DNA of 64,000 bases from Camelus dromedarius (taxonomy: Eukaryota): positions 13,206,001 through 13,270,000 of the forward strand of contig NC_087473.1 in assembly GCF_036321535.1 (NCBI RefSeq). Direction: 5' to 3'. Position 1 is the first letter of the stretch; each line of letters begins with the position of its first letter. The notes below the pieces were generated by a model. The model saw nothing but the letters and a program-made list of their open reading frames with translations. It did not search any database and was not told the origin of the DNA. Below are positions 21,101 to 35,474 of the stretch, piece by piece. The translations under genes and the position numbers were made by a program.

Positions 21101-24100
21101 CCCCGCCACGCCCCACGAGGCCCGTGGGAATTTGCAGCTTGGCTGGAAGGAGGCCCGAGTCGAGTCGGGCCCAGGCCGCTCGCCCCACCTCCCGACCAAT
21201 CGGGGAGCGGCCAGTGGGCGTCACCCTGCAAGGCCCCGCCCCCCGGCCGGGAACCCGGCCGGCCGCCTGGCCTCCGCAGCCCCAGCTTTCAGCCCAGCTC
21301 CCTGCCCAGCTTCCAGGGGGCACCTGGGCCGCGCGCTGCCTCCAGGGAGGCCTCCGGCCTTGCATCTCTCTGGCACTGCCCGGCGGCCCGCTGACACCTC
21401 TTCGGTTTCTGTCACCTCCCACCACGTGCCCCCCACCTCCCCACCCCACCCCCAACCCCACCCCCGACCACCTGTCACTCCGGTTTCACGCGGCCCCTTC
21501 ACCCCCTGGGAAATCTGCTAAGCTCCAGAGGGAAAGACAGCCCGGGTACTTTGCTTCCAGCCAGTGTCTGTCAGAGTTGAACTGCTCTGCTCTAGGGGAC
21601 AAAAGCCATGCAGCAGCGTGTTCTCTTTGTCTTCGCTCTCTCTCCCTGTCTCCCCCTTGCTGTGACTCTCCCGCGTCTCTCTCTGTGTGTCTCTGCGCCT
21701 CTCTGTGTGTGGCCGTGCGTGTGTGGGTGGGTGTGCGTGTGAGTGTCTCCGCTTCCGCTCTCTCCCTCCCTCCCTCGCCCCCTCCCCTCCCGTTCCCGGG
21801 ATCTCTGTTAGCTCCCACAGACACATAATGGCTTTCAGAAAGCTACCCTGCCCGGAAATAGAAGACCTCTCCGCCCGGGCCAGCGGAACCCCACAGTCTG
21901 GACGTGGGCGTGTCCACACCATTGCACGAAGGCCCTTCCTGTGCTAGAGAGGCCAGGCCGTGCCTTTCTCCCAGCCAGCAAAGGTGACCGGCATCCGTCG
22001 CCGCCGGGATCGCCCGACACTGCGCAAGACGAAGCCCTGGCCAGCCTGTGCAGAGAGAGACAGGCAGAGGGACGACGCGGTTTGCCGGCACGCTGGACCC
22101 ACCCCCCCCCCCACCCTCCACCCCGCCCCGAACAGTGGTGTTTGGCAGCCCAGACAGTAAGGTGTTTAGGACGCCACCCGGGTCGGCGGCCACCGCACGG
22201 CACGCCTTCAGCGCCGCAGACGGAAGGAAGTGACTTCTGCCCGCAGTGTGAACGCCCTTGGAGGTGGTTCCGCTCTCGCCCAGCCTCCAGATGAGCACCC
22301 GTCCCAGCCTTCGCCTTCACTGCAGCCTTTCTCGCCGACAAAGCCAGTGTGTGCCACTTGCTAATGCAGCGCTGCTGGTCGGCCTCCCGAACCTTACCAA
22401 ACAAGCAAGGCAAGGTGTTTCCTGTCGGCCTACTCGGAGGGAGGACAGGACGCGTGTGCCGCCGCCAAGGAGCTCAAGGTTCAAAGGCGGTTGTCGCTCT
22501 GGGGGCGGGGGCGGGGGCGGGGGGCCCTGGTCTTCCGCACGCGGCAAGCAATCTGCCCTATCCTATTTCCTGCGTCCTTCGCACCTTCCCTGTCTCTCCA
22601 GAAAGCACGGGACTTCCCCACTGCCTCTTCTGGCAGCCCGGTGATTCCAGCTGGCCCAGAGTCGACGTCCGTTTCGAAAGCCTGTCACGTTTTCAGGGTC
22701 CGTGCACGCACGCCTGCCTTCGAGCCCCACTCTCAGGCCTCCTCACCAGACACGCACACGCACACGCACACGCACGAGCGGAGGCACACCTGCACGCGTG
22801 CAGACCTATACGTCTACACGCTGCCCGCCGTCTGTGTTTCCAGGAGAAAGGATTTTTTACCTGCGCCCCTCTCGCCCCGCTCCCGCAGCCCGTCGTGTGA
22901 GTCCTTGTTCTCTCCCCGGATATTGCTGCCTTCCGCCCGCCTGGGTTGGCTTCTCTCCCAGCTGCCTTTGACTGCCGGACCGCGGGAAGCACACAGGCAC
23001 GACGTCATTTCCCTTGGTCCTCTCTCACCAAGCGGAGAGGAATCTCAAGCTGTCTGGGGCCTAGCCGTCTTGGAGCTCACCTGTCCCTTCCTGCCGATGT
23101 CCCGGGCGCTCCAGTGCCCCCAGTGAGCTTCCCAGCGAGATGCTCGTGCCCTCCTTTGCTCTGCACGAGCACGTGTCTGCCCTGAACTGCCTTCTTGTTG
23201 CCTCTCACACGGCCTTCGGAGGCCCCTGGCAGCCAGGGCTCTTTGCAAGAGCTGTCTTCCTGTAGCACAAGAGGGCCAAGTGTAAGCTGTCTTGCCGAAG
23301 CGTCCCACACAAGGTCCTTAAGAATGTGGGGATCACCGCCTGTCTGAAGGAAGAAGCCAGTGAAGCCGAGCAGGGAAGGGTCAGGTGGCCGCCCTTCCCG
23401 TCCTGCCGTCTGCCGCAGAGCCTGCCGCGACACACACGGGCAGGCGCGCACTCACTCACAGACACGCACGCTCGCACGCACACTCACGCGCAGAGCCACC
23501 TCGGGAATCTTGCAGGCCCTGGGACCAGAGATCGTGCCTCCCTGGGGCGGAAGGCAGCATGCCTTTTCGTGTGCCCGGAGCCCTGGCTACCACTCAGGGG
23601 CCTCAGGGGCTTTGTAAATGTCAGGGCTACCGTTCGGCCTCTCTGGATCCTTCTCTGCTGGCCACGCCCACGGCTCAGGTATCCCTCGTGGCCTACACGT
23701 CCCTCAGGCCACACGCTCCAGGTCACGGGTGGGCCAGGCCACATCCAAGGGGCCGACTTAAGACGGGCGGTGACCCGTCGGCGCCCCCTGGCCCAGACCT
23801 CTCGCGGGTCGCCTGTGACAAGAGCGGAGGACGGGCCACAGCATCACAGGCCAGAGACGTGCAAGGCGCCAGCCGCACACGGACGTGCGTGCATGTGAGG
23901 CGTGATGGAGGGCAGGGAGCCGGGGCACCTGACAGGGGGGCTCCCGGCCACAGTCAGACAAACAGACACAGATGCATCCGCGGCAAGAGGGGAGCAAGAC
24001 GGGCAAGGCCCACCCAGAAACTGCCTTTCCACGCAGGACACCAGCAAGCCCCTGGCCAACGTCCGTACGCCCGACCCGTCCTGCGACAGTGGGAGCCTGC

Positions 24101-27100
24101 CCGTGCGCACTTCCATCGATGAGGGAGACCAGCGCCGGACATGTCGTCGCGCCTGGGACTGCCCGGGTGCCCTGGTACCCGCAGGGGCGGCACGGAGGAT
24201 GTGGGTCCTCCACCGTGGGACAACACCTGAAGGTAAGGGCCCGAGTGAAATGCCCCAGCAGGCATGGCCAGTTCCCACGTCCGTCTGAGCTTTGTCCGAG
24301 CCCCAGGAAGAATCCCACTTAAGCCGCGTCGCGTCCTCCAGGTTGGACCGCAAGGCCCGGCCACGGCACCCGAGCCTACGGGGGCCGGCTGCCTGTAAGC
24401 CTTCCTCCCCTACCCGTTGCCGGCTCGACACGTTCCCCGCCTCCACTGCAGGGCAGGCCGGACCCGACCCCAGCCGTGGCGCCTACGGGCGCTTGGGGCG
24501 GCAAAGGTCGAGCGAGCCTTGTGAGAACCCTGCCCAATCATTCCTCGAGTCTCTCCCCTTTGGCAGGTCCTTCTCAAGAGCCCTGGCCAGGCCTAGAGGC
24601 CTGAGGGGCCGCGGCCCTGCGGGGCGCCCACCACGGCCGCCTCAGCCCTCCCTCTGGGCCCCAGCCGCAGGGTCCCTGCAACGCAGCTGCCCTCGTGCCT
24701 TCAGAGCAGGGGAACCTAGGCACTGACCTGGGGAAGGGGCGAGGACAGCAGCAGCCCGAGCGGGACAAGAGGGGACCTCTGCCACCCTACGATTGTACAC
24801 GGAGGCTCTCCGGCCTTCGGGTCCCCAAACCCGACAGGCCGCAGCTGGTAGCGGACAGCCGGTGCCGCTGGGAGGCCAGGGAGGGCTGGGATCCATGAAC
24901 CTCCCACCGCAACCCTCCACGACCGTGAAACGTTCTGCTGGGGCAGTCGGTCAAGCACACCCCCAAAGTGCGGCAAAGCAGGGGCGCTGTGGGGTGTCGT
25001 CGGGGACAGAGATGCTCACCACGCGGCCAAACTGCAAGGGACCGGGAGGGAGAGAGGGGGCACGCACCGCGCTCTCCCAGGCCCGGCTGTCCCACAGACG
25101 GTGCCTAGCTTTGTGCGGGGACCTCAGGTGTCTCCGGAAAGCGGCTGTCCCCTCGGGAAGGACCCCGCCGGGTGCTGGCCACCGACTGCCCTCCCCATCC
25201 CGTCTCGTCCCGCCCCCCACCCCAGACCTGCCCACTCGCCACCCCCCCAACACACACAGCCCCCCACCGCCTGCCGCCATCCCTCCCACAGGCCCCTTGC
25301 CCAAGATCTGTCTGCACCAGGACTGTCCCCTTCCGGTGGCCTGATGCCCAGGCAGCTCGGGGCTGTGTGTTGGAGGGATGTGTGGCTGGCAGTTCCCTGA
25401 CCAGGACAGAGCCGCAGGGACTGTGTCCCGAGGAGAAGCGTGAGTTACTCTGAACGTTCGGGCCCCTTAGCTAGCCAGCGCAGACTCGGGTAGAAGCTTT
25501 CGGCCTACGTGTCACACAGCCTGAAGAGCGGCACAGCCCGCCACGGCGCAACGCCGGCGTGGGAGAGAGGGGAGGCGGCACACTGCCGGTCTGGGGCGGC
25601 GCGGGCCCTGCGGCCCCGCCCCCTGACCTTCGCCCCTCGGACTGTTGCGCCCCACGAGGAGACCCCAGGGAAAGGAAGGCGCTCACGCCCCGGGAGGCCT
25701 TTCCAGCAGGGGGAAGGGGCTCCTGTCTGCCACTTCCTCTCCTCCCCAAGACCCCGGAGCCTGAAAGCCAGCAATCTCGCTGCTGCCCCAGCCCCCGGAG
25801 GCGCTGGTCTTTTCCGCTCCCGCCCAGCCCCCGCCCGCAAACAGCCCGGCACCCTTGCCCGCCTGCTCCCCTGCTCCCTCACCCGCACAGCCTCACGCGC
25901 CGGCACGGGGCCACAGCCGCAGCTCACGCCCGCCTTTCCCTCACACTTGCTTGGACCCCTGCACCGCCCCACCCAGCCAGGGCTGAGCGGGGTCATGCCC
26001 GGAAGGATTCCACACTCACAGCCTGCCTCCTGGGGCGCCTGGGGGTGAACAGGGACCCTCGGCTTAAGAAGTCGCCCGTCTGGCGTGGGGCCGACGGCTG
26101 GCGCACACCCCAGACGGAGGGGGCTGAGTGAGGCTCCGCGAGCAGAGTGAACACTGAACCCAAGCCACAGCGGGCCACGAGGCCCCTACCCGCCAGCACC
26201 GGTCCCCGTCTCCTTCCCCGGCCCACGCAACAGGTCCCCAGCGCACCAGCCTGTCTCTTTCGTTGCTTCCTGCTCCGAGACCCTGCCCTGTTCGGAGGCA
26301 ACCTGGCCTCCCCGGAGCAGCAGCCGAGTCCTGCCCTTCCCACGTCCTCCACTTCCTCAGGACCGCCTCTCTGCCACACACGGGCAGCCGGTTCAAAAGC
26401 CCCACCGGACTGGGCCGGAACATCGCCAATCGGCGACCCGCGAACAATCACACAGGACGGGAGCAAGACAGGAGCACTCGTTAGCTTGTTGATGTCTCTC
26501 TCGGCCTCATTCCGGGTACGTGCTGCCCACCCTCTGCAACCTCCACTGGCGATCCTTTCCTCGTTCCTCTCCGTTGCCCCAGACCCCGGCCGCCGGCCTC
26601 CCGCGTCTGCACGCGCCTCCGGGCTCTCCTTCTACTCGGCCGAACTCGCCTGCTCCGTCGCCTTCACCGCCAGCTCTGCAGGACCACCGACGCGTGAGAA
26701 AGCCTGCTCGCGGGCACGCGTGCACAGAACGACACGGACACGCTCGGGAACAACACAAGGCGTAGCTGAAGCGGCCTGTGTCCAACAGACAACCGGAGAG
26801 ATGGCGCACAACAGGCAGCACGCCCCGCCCTTTCTCCCCGGCGCCTCCCCGCTGGCCACCAGCCAGCCTGCGGCCCTTTCCAGGGCCGTCCGGGTGGAGC
26901 CAGGTCGCTAAGGGATGCGCCTGGACATTCAGGGAAGACTGGGAGAACCAGCCCAGGAGAGGGACGGGACGCGACCCGGGAGCCCACCTCCTCAGCGTCT
27001 GGAGGCCTTGGCCATGCGGCCGGGGGCGGACGGAGGGGCCCAGCTGATCCCAAACGCGGAGGCAGTCGGACGAGGCCCCAGGGAGGGCCGAAGCCAGGAA

Positions 27101-27372
27101 GTGCCGACGCACATGAGGGTGCCTGAGGAGGCCCGCTCCTTTCTCGGACACCCCTGGGACGTTCACCGAAAGCTGAAAGCTTCGGTGCTCTGCGCGTGCG
27201 CCTGGGTCCTCCGGGCCCCTGGCTCACCCTCGCGCCCGCTCCCTGGGCGGCCTGGGGTCGCCCCGCTCCCAGGCTTCTCTCAGCCTGCCTCTCCCCGATT
27301 GGGAAAGGGTCCGGGAAACACTCTTCACCAACACCCCCAGCCCCCCGGGCTCCTCAGGGACGTGTCCCCCTC

Positions 27373-29877
27373 TCAGTTACCTCTCCCGGCGCCTTGCTCC
27401 CTCGGGTAGCAGCGCAGGGGGTTGGGCCACAGGTCCTCGCCGATGATCTGGCAGAGGGAACGGGCAGGTCGGGACAGGGCCCACACCCCTTCCCCGAGCA
27501 GCTGGCCACCGCCGACGTCGCCATTTCCGACCAGGCTCCGAGGGACCCCCACCTCAGCAATCCCGTTAGACCCGGGGCACTTGTGGCCTGACAACCAGTT
27601 GAGGAAGTGAAGGCTGACGGTGTCCTGCCTGCGGCTGGGGGCTCCCCGTTCGTAATCCCAGAACCACTGGACTGGAGTGGAACTATACGCCCTATAGCCT
27701 AGAGGAAGAGTGGGGATACGGGGAGGGATCGCCCTGGCCCAGCGTCCAAGGCCTCCGGGGCACACCCCGCCCCGCCCCGCCCCGCCCCGCTCCGCTCCCT
27801 TCCCCCATCCCGGGACAGCCCACCTACCTGCGAAGCTAAGGTGATACTCCTTAAGGATCACTTGGTTGCACAAGTAGGGCTTGCTCCGGAAAAAGAACAT
27901 CAGTCTGCAGCGGTACTCGGGGCGGCCCAGTTCCTGCGCCTGCCACGCCCAACAGCAGGAGAAGAGTGAACTCTCGTCCCGGCCACCTGAGCTGGCCTGC
28001 CCGGCAGGGATGAACCACTTCCCCTTCCGCTCTCCCGCTGCTCACACCCAGCCCTCGGGGACACCCGGCCCCCTCCGCCCCGCATCCCCCATCCCCCACC
28101 CCCCACCCCCCACCGTGGCCTCCGTCTGCCCGGCCTGACCTCCAGCTGGATCATGTAGCTCCGCACACCTTCGTCTCGGTCACTGATCAAGGCCGACAGC
28201 TGGGGATGATTCACAATCTTCAGTAGGTCAAGGAGCCTTCACGTGTTACGGCTGGAAGAGCCACAGCCAACACAGCCAGGCTGGGGCGAAAGGAAGAGAC
28301 CAGACAGGCGATCTGCCGGGACTCCGGGCGCGCACTGCTGCCCACCCCATCGCCCCACACCTCCGACCTCCTCGGCCCCTGCCCTGCCGTCTCACACGCA
28401 CGTGGAGGCGGGGTTCCGGCCTTCCCGTGCATCTTGGGCTGTCCGCACCCCCTCGGGGAGCGCCTGTTCCCTCGATCGTCCCCGACATTCCAGCTGGCCT
28501 GCGTGTGCTGGGTGCAGGCTTGTCACCGCGGGCGGAGTCGGGATGTGCTCTGCCCCCGTGGACCCATGCCTCCTCTGAGTAGGGGACGCCCCAGGGGTGC
28601 TGACAGGAAGCCCCGGGCCTCTGAGCCGCCCTCTGCGGTGAGAGGAGTCTGTCTGTATGGCTAAGTCTGCAGCTCCGGGGGACTCACAGGGTGCAACGGG
28701 GAGGGCACGTGCTTCTGCCTGCACGAGAAGGCCCGGTGGAGGCCGGGCTCGGAGCCCACCCGAGGGCGTGTCTGGGGTCCCGTAGTCTTGCCCGGGACGG
28801 GGGCCTCTTGCAGCTCACACCTGGCCGCGGACGACCTGGGTCCTTGGCACGGACGTGGCGGCAACATATCCACAGCCTCTGGCTGACTGGGATGGGTCCT
28901 GCACGCCCACCGGTCTCCTGGGATTTCCCCCGGAGACTGCACACTTCCACTCTCTGCTCTGTGGGGAAGGTGCTGGGGGCTCTGCGCGTGCTTTCCACTG
29001 TTGCCGTGTGCCCCATGACCCCAGGAAGGCTTCCCCTGCAGGCCCCACGCCAGAAGGTTCCACCCAAATTTGGCGCTCCCACGCCTGCACGTTTGGCCTT
29101 TGGCCCTCAGCGCCCTCATGCTGTGCCCTTGCAGGCCTCCATGCCTCCACTCTCAGGCCTCTTCCCTTGGCCTTGGCGCCCGCCTTCCTCGCTTCCTCCT
29201 GCCCCTTGTTCCGCCGCTCCCAGTCCTCCTCTTCTTTCTCCTCCTGCTTCCCCTCCCCACCCTGCCCTGCGCCCCCGCACCCAGACCCCCGGCCCTGGCC
29301 CCGGCCCCAGTCCGTTGCCGCCTCCCCTCCTCCTCCCCCTGTCCCAACCTCCTTCTCGCCCTGTTCCCCCTCCTCGGCCCCCTCCTGCCCTCCAGCNNNN
29401 NNNNNNNNNNNNNNNNNNNNNNNNNNNNNNNNNNNNNNNNNNNNNNNNNNNNNNNNNNNNNNNNNNNNNNNNNNNNNNNNNNNNNNNNNNNNNNNNNNNN
29501 NNNNNNNNNNNNNNNNNNNNNNNNNNNNNNNNNNNNNNNCAGAAGCCGGGGATGTCCTGGATGATGGCTTTTCTTCGATCCAAACGAGGCTCCCGCCTCC
29601 GTCGGATCCTGCGCTTGAGCCGCAAGTAGGCCCCGCTGGCTTGGGCGTTCACAGCGCTCTGCTCTAACTGAAGGGCCCCCAGCGCCTCCAGCGGGCTCAG
29701 GGAGGTCGGGGGTCCGCTCCCTGGCTCTGCGCGCCCCTGCTTCCGGGGCTTCTCTTCCCGCTCCTTGGCCTGCACCTCCTCCTCCTCCTCCTCCTCCCGC
29801 GGCTCCTGCTCCTCCTGCTCCTCCTCCGCCACCACCTCCTCCATGTCGTCCGCCAGCAGCGCCAACGCCTCCCCCAT
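27373..29877 (-). CDS. TSPY: TSPY-like protein, copy 4. Exon 1 from 29877 with its donor hidden in the N gap (about 29530); exons 28217-28140, 27939-27828, 27698-27553, 27447-27373
   Basis: Same motifs. The end of exon 1 and the intron-1 donor fall in Ns at 29397-29539. Upstream in-frame TGA at 29931-29929. Confidence 0.85.
29397..29539. other. Assembly gap of 143 N covering the copy-4 CAG/CTG repeat and exon-1 donor
   Basis: Run of N. The flanks match positions 1667 and 1784 of unit 1, where the intervening sequence is 116 nt. Confidence 0.99.
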
Positions 29878-29928
29878 GCCCACAACCTCCGCCTCTGTCG
29901 ATGCAGCTGCTGCCGCTGCCGCCGCCGC

Positions 29929-30363
29929 TCACTCCCGCACGGCCTCCACCCTCAGGCTGCTGGCCTCCTCGCACCTGCCACCCGCTAGTGCCTGCTCTGT
30001 TCCCAGCCCTGCCATGGCAGCGGGAGGCCCGCGGGCCCCTGCCTCCTGAAGGCCCCCTCCCACAGCTAAGGCCACCCAGGATTCCTGGGGAGCCCCGCCT
30101 TCCCCGGGCCCCCGCCTCACTGGCCCTGTGGCCCTGGCCCTGAGCTGCGAGCCGCAGCTGCCAATGCCGAGGAACAAGGAGCGGGAGGTGGAGGCGTAGC
30201 ACGTGGCCGGAGGAGCCGGCCGAGCGGCCGAGGTCCCCGCGCGCAGGCGCTGCCGCTGGCGCTCCGCGCTTGGGTCTTCCAGGGCTCGCTGCCGCCCGGA
30301 CCCGGCGGCCTGCTGTGCGGCCCCCTGGCAGCTGGGGCGCATGGGCATGGCCTCGTACCCCAT
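29929..30363 (-). pseudogene. Stop-severed TSPY N-terminal segment, copy 4 (12-bp in-frame deletion)
   Basis: As copy 1; ORF-track entry 29929..30462. Confidence 0.7.
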
Positions 30364-33300
30364 CCCCGCCACGCCCCACGAGGCCCGTGGGAATTTGCAG
30401 CTTGGCTGGAAGGAGGCCCGAGTCGAGTCGGGCCCAGGCCGCTCGCCCCACCTCCCGACCAATCGGGGAGCGGCCAGTGGGCGTCACCCTGCAAGGCCCC
30501 GCCCCCCGGCCGGGAACCCGGCCGGCCGCCTGGCCTCCGCAGCCCCAGCTTTCAGCCCAGCTCCCTGCCCAGCTTCCAGGGGGCACCTGGGCCGCGCGCT
30601 GCCTCCAGGGAGGCCTCCGGCCTTGCATCTCTCTGGCACTGCCCGGCGGCCCGCTGACACCTCTTCGGTTTCTGTCACCTCCCACCACGTGCCCCCCACC
30701 TCCCCACCCCACCCCCAACCCCACCCCCGACCACCTGTCACTCCGGTTTCACGCGGCCCCTTCACCCCCTGGGAAATCTGCTAAGCTCCAGAGGGAAAGA
30801 CAGCCCGGGTACTTTGCTTCCAGCCAGTGTCTGTCAGAGTTGAACTGCTCTGCTCTAGGGGACAAAAGCCATGCAGCAGCGTGTTCTCTTTGTCTTCGCT
30901 CTCTCTCCCTGTCTCCCCCTTGCTGTGACTCTCCCGCGTCTCTCTCTGTGTGTCTCTGCGCCTCTCTGCGTGTGGCCGTGCGTGTGTGGGTGGGTGTGCG
31001 TGTGAGTGTCTCCGCTTCCGCTCTCTCCCTCCCTCCCTCGCCCCCTCCCCTCCCGTTCCCGGGATCTCTGTTAGCTCCCACAGACACATAATGGCTTTCA
31101 GAAAGCTACCCTGCCCGGAAATAGAAGACCTCTCCGCCCGGGCCAGCGGAACCCCACAGTCTGGACGTGGGCGTGTCCACACCATTGCACGACGGCCCTT
31201 CCTGTGCTAGAGAGGCCAGGCCGTGCCTTTCTCCCAGCCAGCAAAGGTGACCGGCATCCGTCGCCGCCGGGATCGCCCGACACTGCGCAAGACGAAGCCC
31301 TGGCCAGCCTGTGCAGAGAGAGACAGGCAGAGGGACGACGCGGTTTGCCGGCACGCTGGACCCACCCCCCCCCACCCTCCACCCCGCCCCGAACAGTGGT
31401 GTTTGGCAGCCCAGACAGTAAGGTGTTTAGGACGCCACCCGGGTCGGCGGCCACCGCACGGCACGCCTTCAGCGCCGCAGACGGAAGGAAGTGACTTCTG
31501 CCCGCAGTGTGAACGCCCTTGGAGGTGGTTCCGCTCTCGCCCAGCCTCCAGATGAGCACCCGTCCCAGCCTTCGCCTTCACTGCAGCCTTTCTCGCCGAC
31601 AAAGCCAGTGTGTGCCACTTGCTAATGCAGCGCTGCTGGTCGGCCTCCCGAACCTTACCAAACAAGCAAGGCAAGGTGTTTCCTGTCGGCCTACTCGGAG
31701 GGAGGACAGGACGCGTGTGCCGCCGCCAAGGAGCTCAAGGTTCAAAGGCGGTTGTCGCTCTGGGGGCGGGGGCGGGGGCGGGGGGCCCTGGTCTTCCGCA
31801 CGCGGCAAGCAATCTGCCCTATCCTATTTCCTGCGTCCTTCGCACCTTCCCTGTCTCTCCAGAAAGCACGGGACTTCCCCACTGCCTCTTCTGGCAGCCC
31901 GGTGATTCCAGCTGGCCCAGAGTCGACGTCCGTTTCGAAAGCCTGTCACGTTTTCAGGGTCCGTGCACGCACGCCTGCCTTCGAGCCCCACTCTCAGGCC
32001 TCCTCACCAGACACGCACACGCACACGCACACGCACGAGCGGAGGCACACCTGCACGCGTGCAGACCTATACGTCTACACGCTGCCCGCCATCTGTGTTT
32101 CCAGGAGAAAGGATTTTTTACCTGCGCCCCTCTCGCCCCGCTCCCGCAGCCCGTCGTGTGAGTCCTTGTTCTCTCCCCGGATATTGCTGCCTTCCGCCCG
32201 CCTGGGTTGGCTTCTCTCCCAGCTGCCTTTGACTGCCGGACCGCGGGAAGCACACAGGCACGACGTCATTTCCCTTGGTCCTCTCTCACCAAGCGGAGAG
32301 GAATCTCAAGCTGTCTGGGGCCTAGCCGTCTTGGAGCTCACCTGTCCCTTCCTGCCGATGTCCCGGGCGCTCCAGTGCCCCCAGTGAGCTTCCCAGCGAG
32401 ATGCTCGTGCCCTCCTTTGGTCTGCACGAGCACGTGTCTGCCCTGAACTGCCTTCTTGTTGCCTCTCACACGGCCTTCGGAGGCCCCTGGCAGCCAGGGC
32501 TCTTTGCAAGAGCTGTCTTCCTGTAGCACAAGAGGGCCAAGTGTAAGCTGTCTTGCCGAAGCGTCCCACACAAGGTCCTTAAGAATGTGGGGATCACCGC
32601 CTGTCTGAAGGAAGAAGCCAGTGAAGCCGAGCAGGGAAGGGTCAGGTGGCCGCCCTTCCCGTCCTGCCGTCTGCCGCAGAGCCTGCCGCGACACACACGG
32701 GCAGGCGCGCACTCACTCACAGACACGCACGCTCGCACGCACACTCACGCGCAGAGCCACCTCGGGAATCTTGCAGGCCCTGGGACCAGAGATCGTGCCT
32801 CCCTGGGGCGGAAGGCAGCATGCCTTTTCGTGTGCCCGGAGCCCTGGCTACCACTCAGGGGCCTCAGGGGCTTTGTAAATGTCAGGGCTACCGTTCGGCC
32901 TCTCTGGATCCTTCTCTGCTGGCCACGCCCACGGCTCAGGTATCCCTCGTGGCCTACACGTCCCTCAGGCCACACGCTCCAGGTCACGGGTGGGCCAGGC
33001 CACATCCAAGGGGCCGACTTAAGACGGGCGGTGACCCGTCGGCGCCCCCTGGCCCAGACCTCTCGCGGGTCGCCTGTGACAAGAGCGGAGGACGGGCCGC
33101 AGCATCACAGGCCAGAGACGTGCAAGGCGCCAGCCGCACACGGACGTGCGTGCATGTGAGGCGTGATGGAGGGCAGGGAGCCGGGGCACCTGACAGGGGG
33201 GCTCCCGGCCACAGTCAGACAAACAGACACAGATGCATCCGCGGCAAGAGGGGAGCAAGACGGGCAAGGCCCACCCAGAAACTGCCTTTCCACGCAGGAC

Positions 33301-35474
33301 ACCAGCAAGCCCCTGGCCAACGTCCGTACGCCCGACCCGTCCTGCGACAGTGGGAGCCTGCCCGTGCGCACTTCCATCGATGAGGGAGACCAGCGCCGGA
33401 CATGTCGTCGCGCCTGGGACTGCCCGGGTGCCCTGGTACCCGCAGGGGCGGCACGGAGGATGTGGGTCCTCCACCGTGGGACAACACCTGAAGGTAAGGG
33501 CCCGAGTGAAATGCCCCAGCAGGCATGGCCAGTTCCCACGTCCGTCTGAGCTTTGTCCGAGCCCCAGGAAGAATCCCACTTAAGCCGCGTCGCGTCCTCC
33601 AGGTTGGACCGCAAGGCCCGGCCACGGCACCCGAGCCTACGGGGGCCGGCTGCCTGTAAGCCTTCCTCCCCTACCCGTTGCCGGCTCGACACGTTCCCCG
33701 CCTCCACTGCAGGGCAGGCCGGACCCGACCCCAGCCGTGGCGCCTACGGGCGCTTGGGGCGGCAAAGGTCGAGCGAGCCTTGTGAGAACCCTGCCCAATC
33801 ATTCCTCGAGTCTCTCCCCTTTGGCAGGTCCTTCTCAAGAGCCCTGGCCAGGCCTAGAGGCCTGAGGGGCCGCGGCCCTGCGGGGCGCCCACCACGGCCG
33901 CCTCAGCCCTCCCTCTGGGCCCCAGCCGCAGGGTCCCTGCAACGCAGCTGCCCTCGTGCCTTCAGAGCAGGGGAACCTAGGCACTGACCTGGGGAAGGGG
34001 CGAGGACAGCAGCAGCCCGAGCGGGACAAGAGGGGACCTCTGCCACCCTACGATTGTACACGGAGGCTCTCCGGCCTTCGGGTCCCCAAACCCGACAGGC
34101 CGCAGCTGGTAGCGGACAGCCGGTGCCGCTGGGAGGCCAGGGAGGGCTGGGATCCATGAACCTCCCACCGCAACCCTCCACGACCGTGAAACGTTCTGCT
34201 GGGGCAGTCGGTCAAGCACACCCCCAAAGTGCGGCAAAGCAGGGGCGCTGTGGGGTGTCGTCGGGGACAGAGATGCTCACCACGCGGCCAAACTGCAAGG
34301 GACCGGGAGGGAGAGAGGGGGCACGCACCGCGCTCTCCCAGGCCCGGCTGTCCCACAGACGGTGCCTAGCTTTGTGCGGGGACCTCAGGTGTCTCCGGAA
34401 AGCGGCTGTCCCCTCGGGAAGGACCCCGCCGGGTGCTGGCCACCGACTGCCCTCCCCATCCCGTCTCGTCCCGCCCCCCACCCCAGACCTGCCCACTCGC
34501 CACCCCCCCAACACACACAGCCCCCCACCGCCTGCCGCCATCCCTCCCACAGGCCCCTTGCCCAAGATCTGTCTGCACCAGGACTGTCCCCTTCCGGTGG
34601 CCTGATGCCCAGGCAGCTCGGGGCTGTGTGTTGGAGGGATGTGTGGCTGGCAGTTCCCTGACCAGGACAGAGCCGCAGGGACTGTGTCCCGAGGAGAAGC
34701 GTGAGTTACTCTGAACGTTCGGGCCCCTTAGCTAGCCAGCGCAGACTCGGGTAGAAGCTTTCGGCCTACGTGTCACACAGCCTGAAGAGCGGCACAGCCC
34801 GCCACGGCGCAACGCCGGCGTGGGAGAGAGGGGAGGCGGCACACTGCCGGTCTGGGGCGGCGCGGGCCCTGCGGCCCCGCCCCCTGACCTTCGCCCCTCG
34901 GACTGTTGCGCCCCACGAGGAGACCCCAGGGAAAGGAAGGCGCTCACGCCCCGGGAGGCCTTTCCAGCAGGGGGAAGGGGCTCCTGTCTGCCACTTCCTC
35001 TCCTCCCCAAGACCCCGGAGCCTGAAAGCCAGCAATCTCGCTGCTTGCCCCAGCCCCCGGAGGCGCCGGTCTTTTCCGCTCCCGCCCAGCCCCCGCCCGC
35101 AAACAGCCCGGCACCCTTGCCCGCCTGCTCCCCTGCTCCCTCACCCGCACAGCCTCACGCGCCGGCACGGGGCCACAGCCGCAGCTCACGCCCGCCTTTC
35201 CCTCACACTTGCTTGGACCCCTGCACCGCCCCACCCAGCCAGGGCTGAGCGGGGTCATGCCCGGAAGGATTCCACACTCACAGCCTGCCTCCTGGGGCGC
35301 CTGGGGGTGAACAGGGACCCTCGGCTTAAGAAGTCGCCCGTCTGGCGTGGGGCCGACGGCTGGCGCACACCCCAGACGGAGGGGGCTGAGTGAGGCTCCG
35401 CGAGCAGAGTGAACACTGAACCCAAGCCACAGCGGGCCACGAGGCCCCTACCCGCCAGCACCGGTCCCCGTCTC

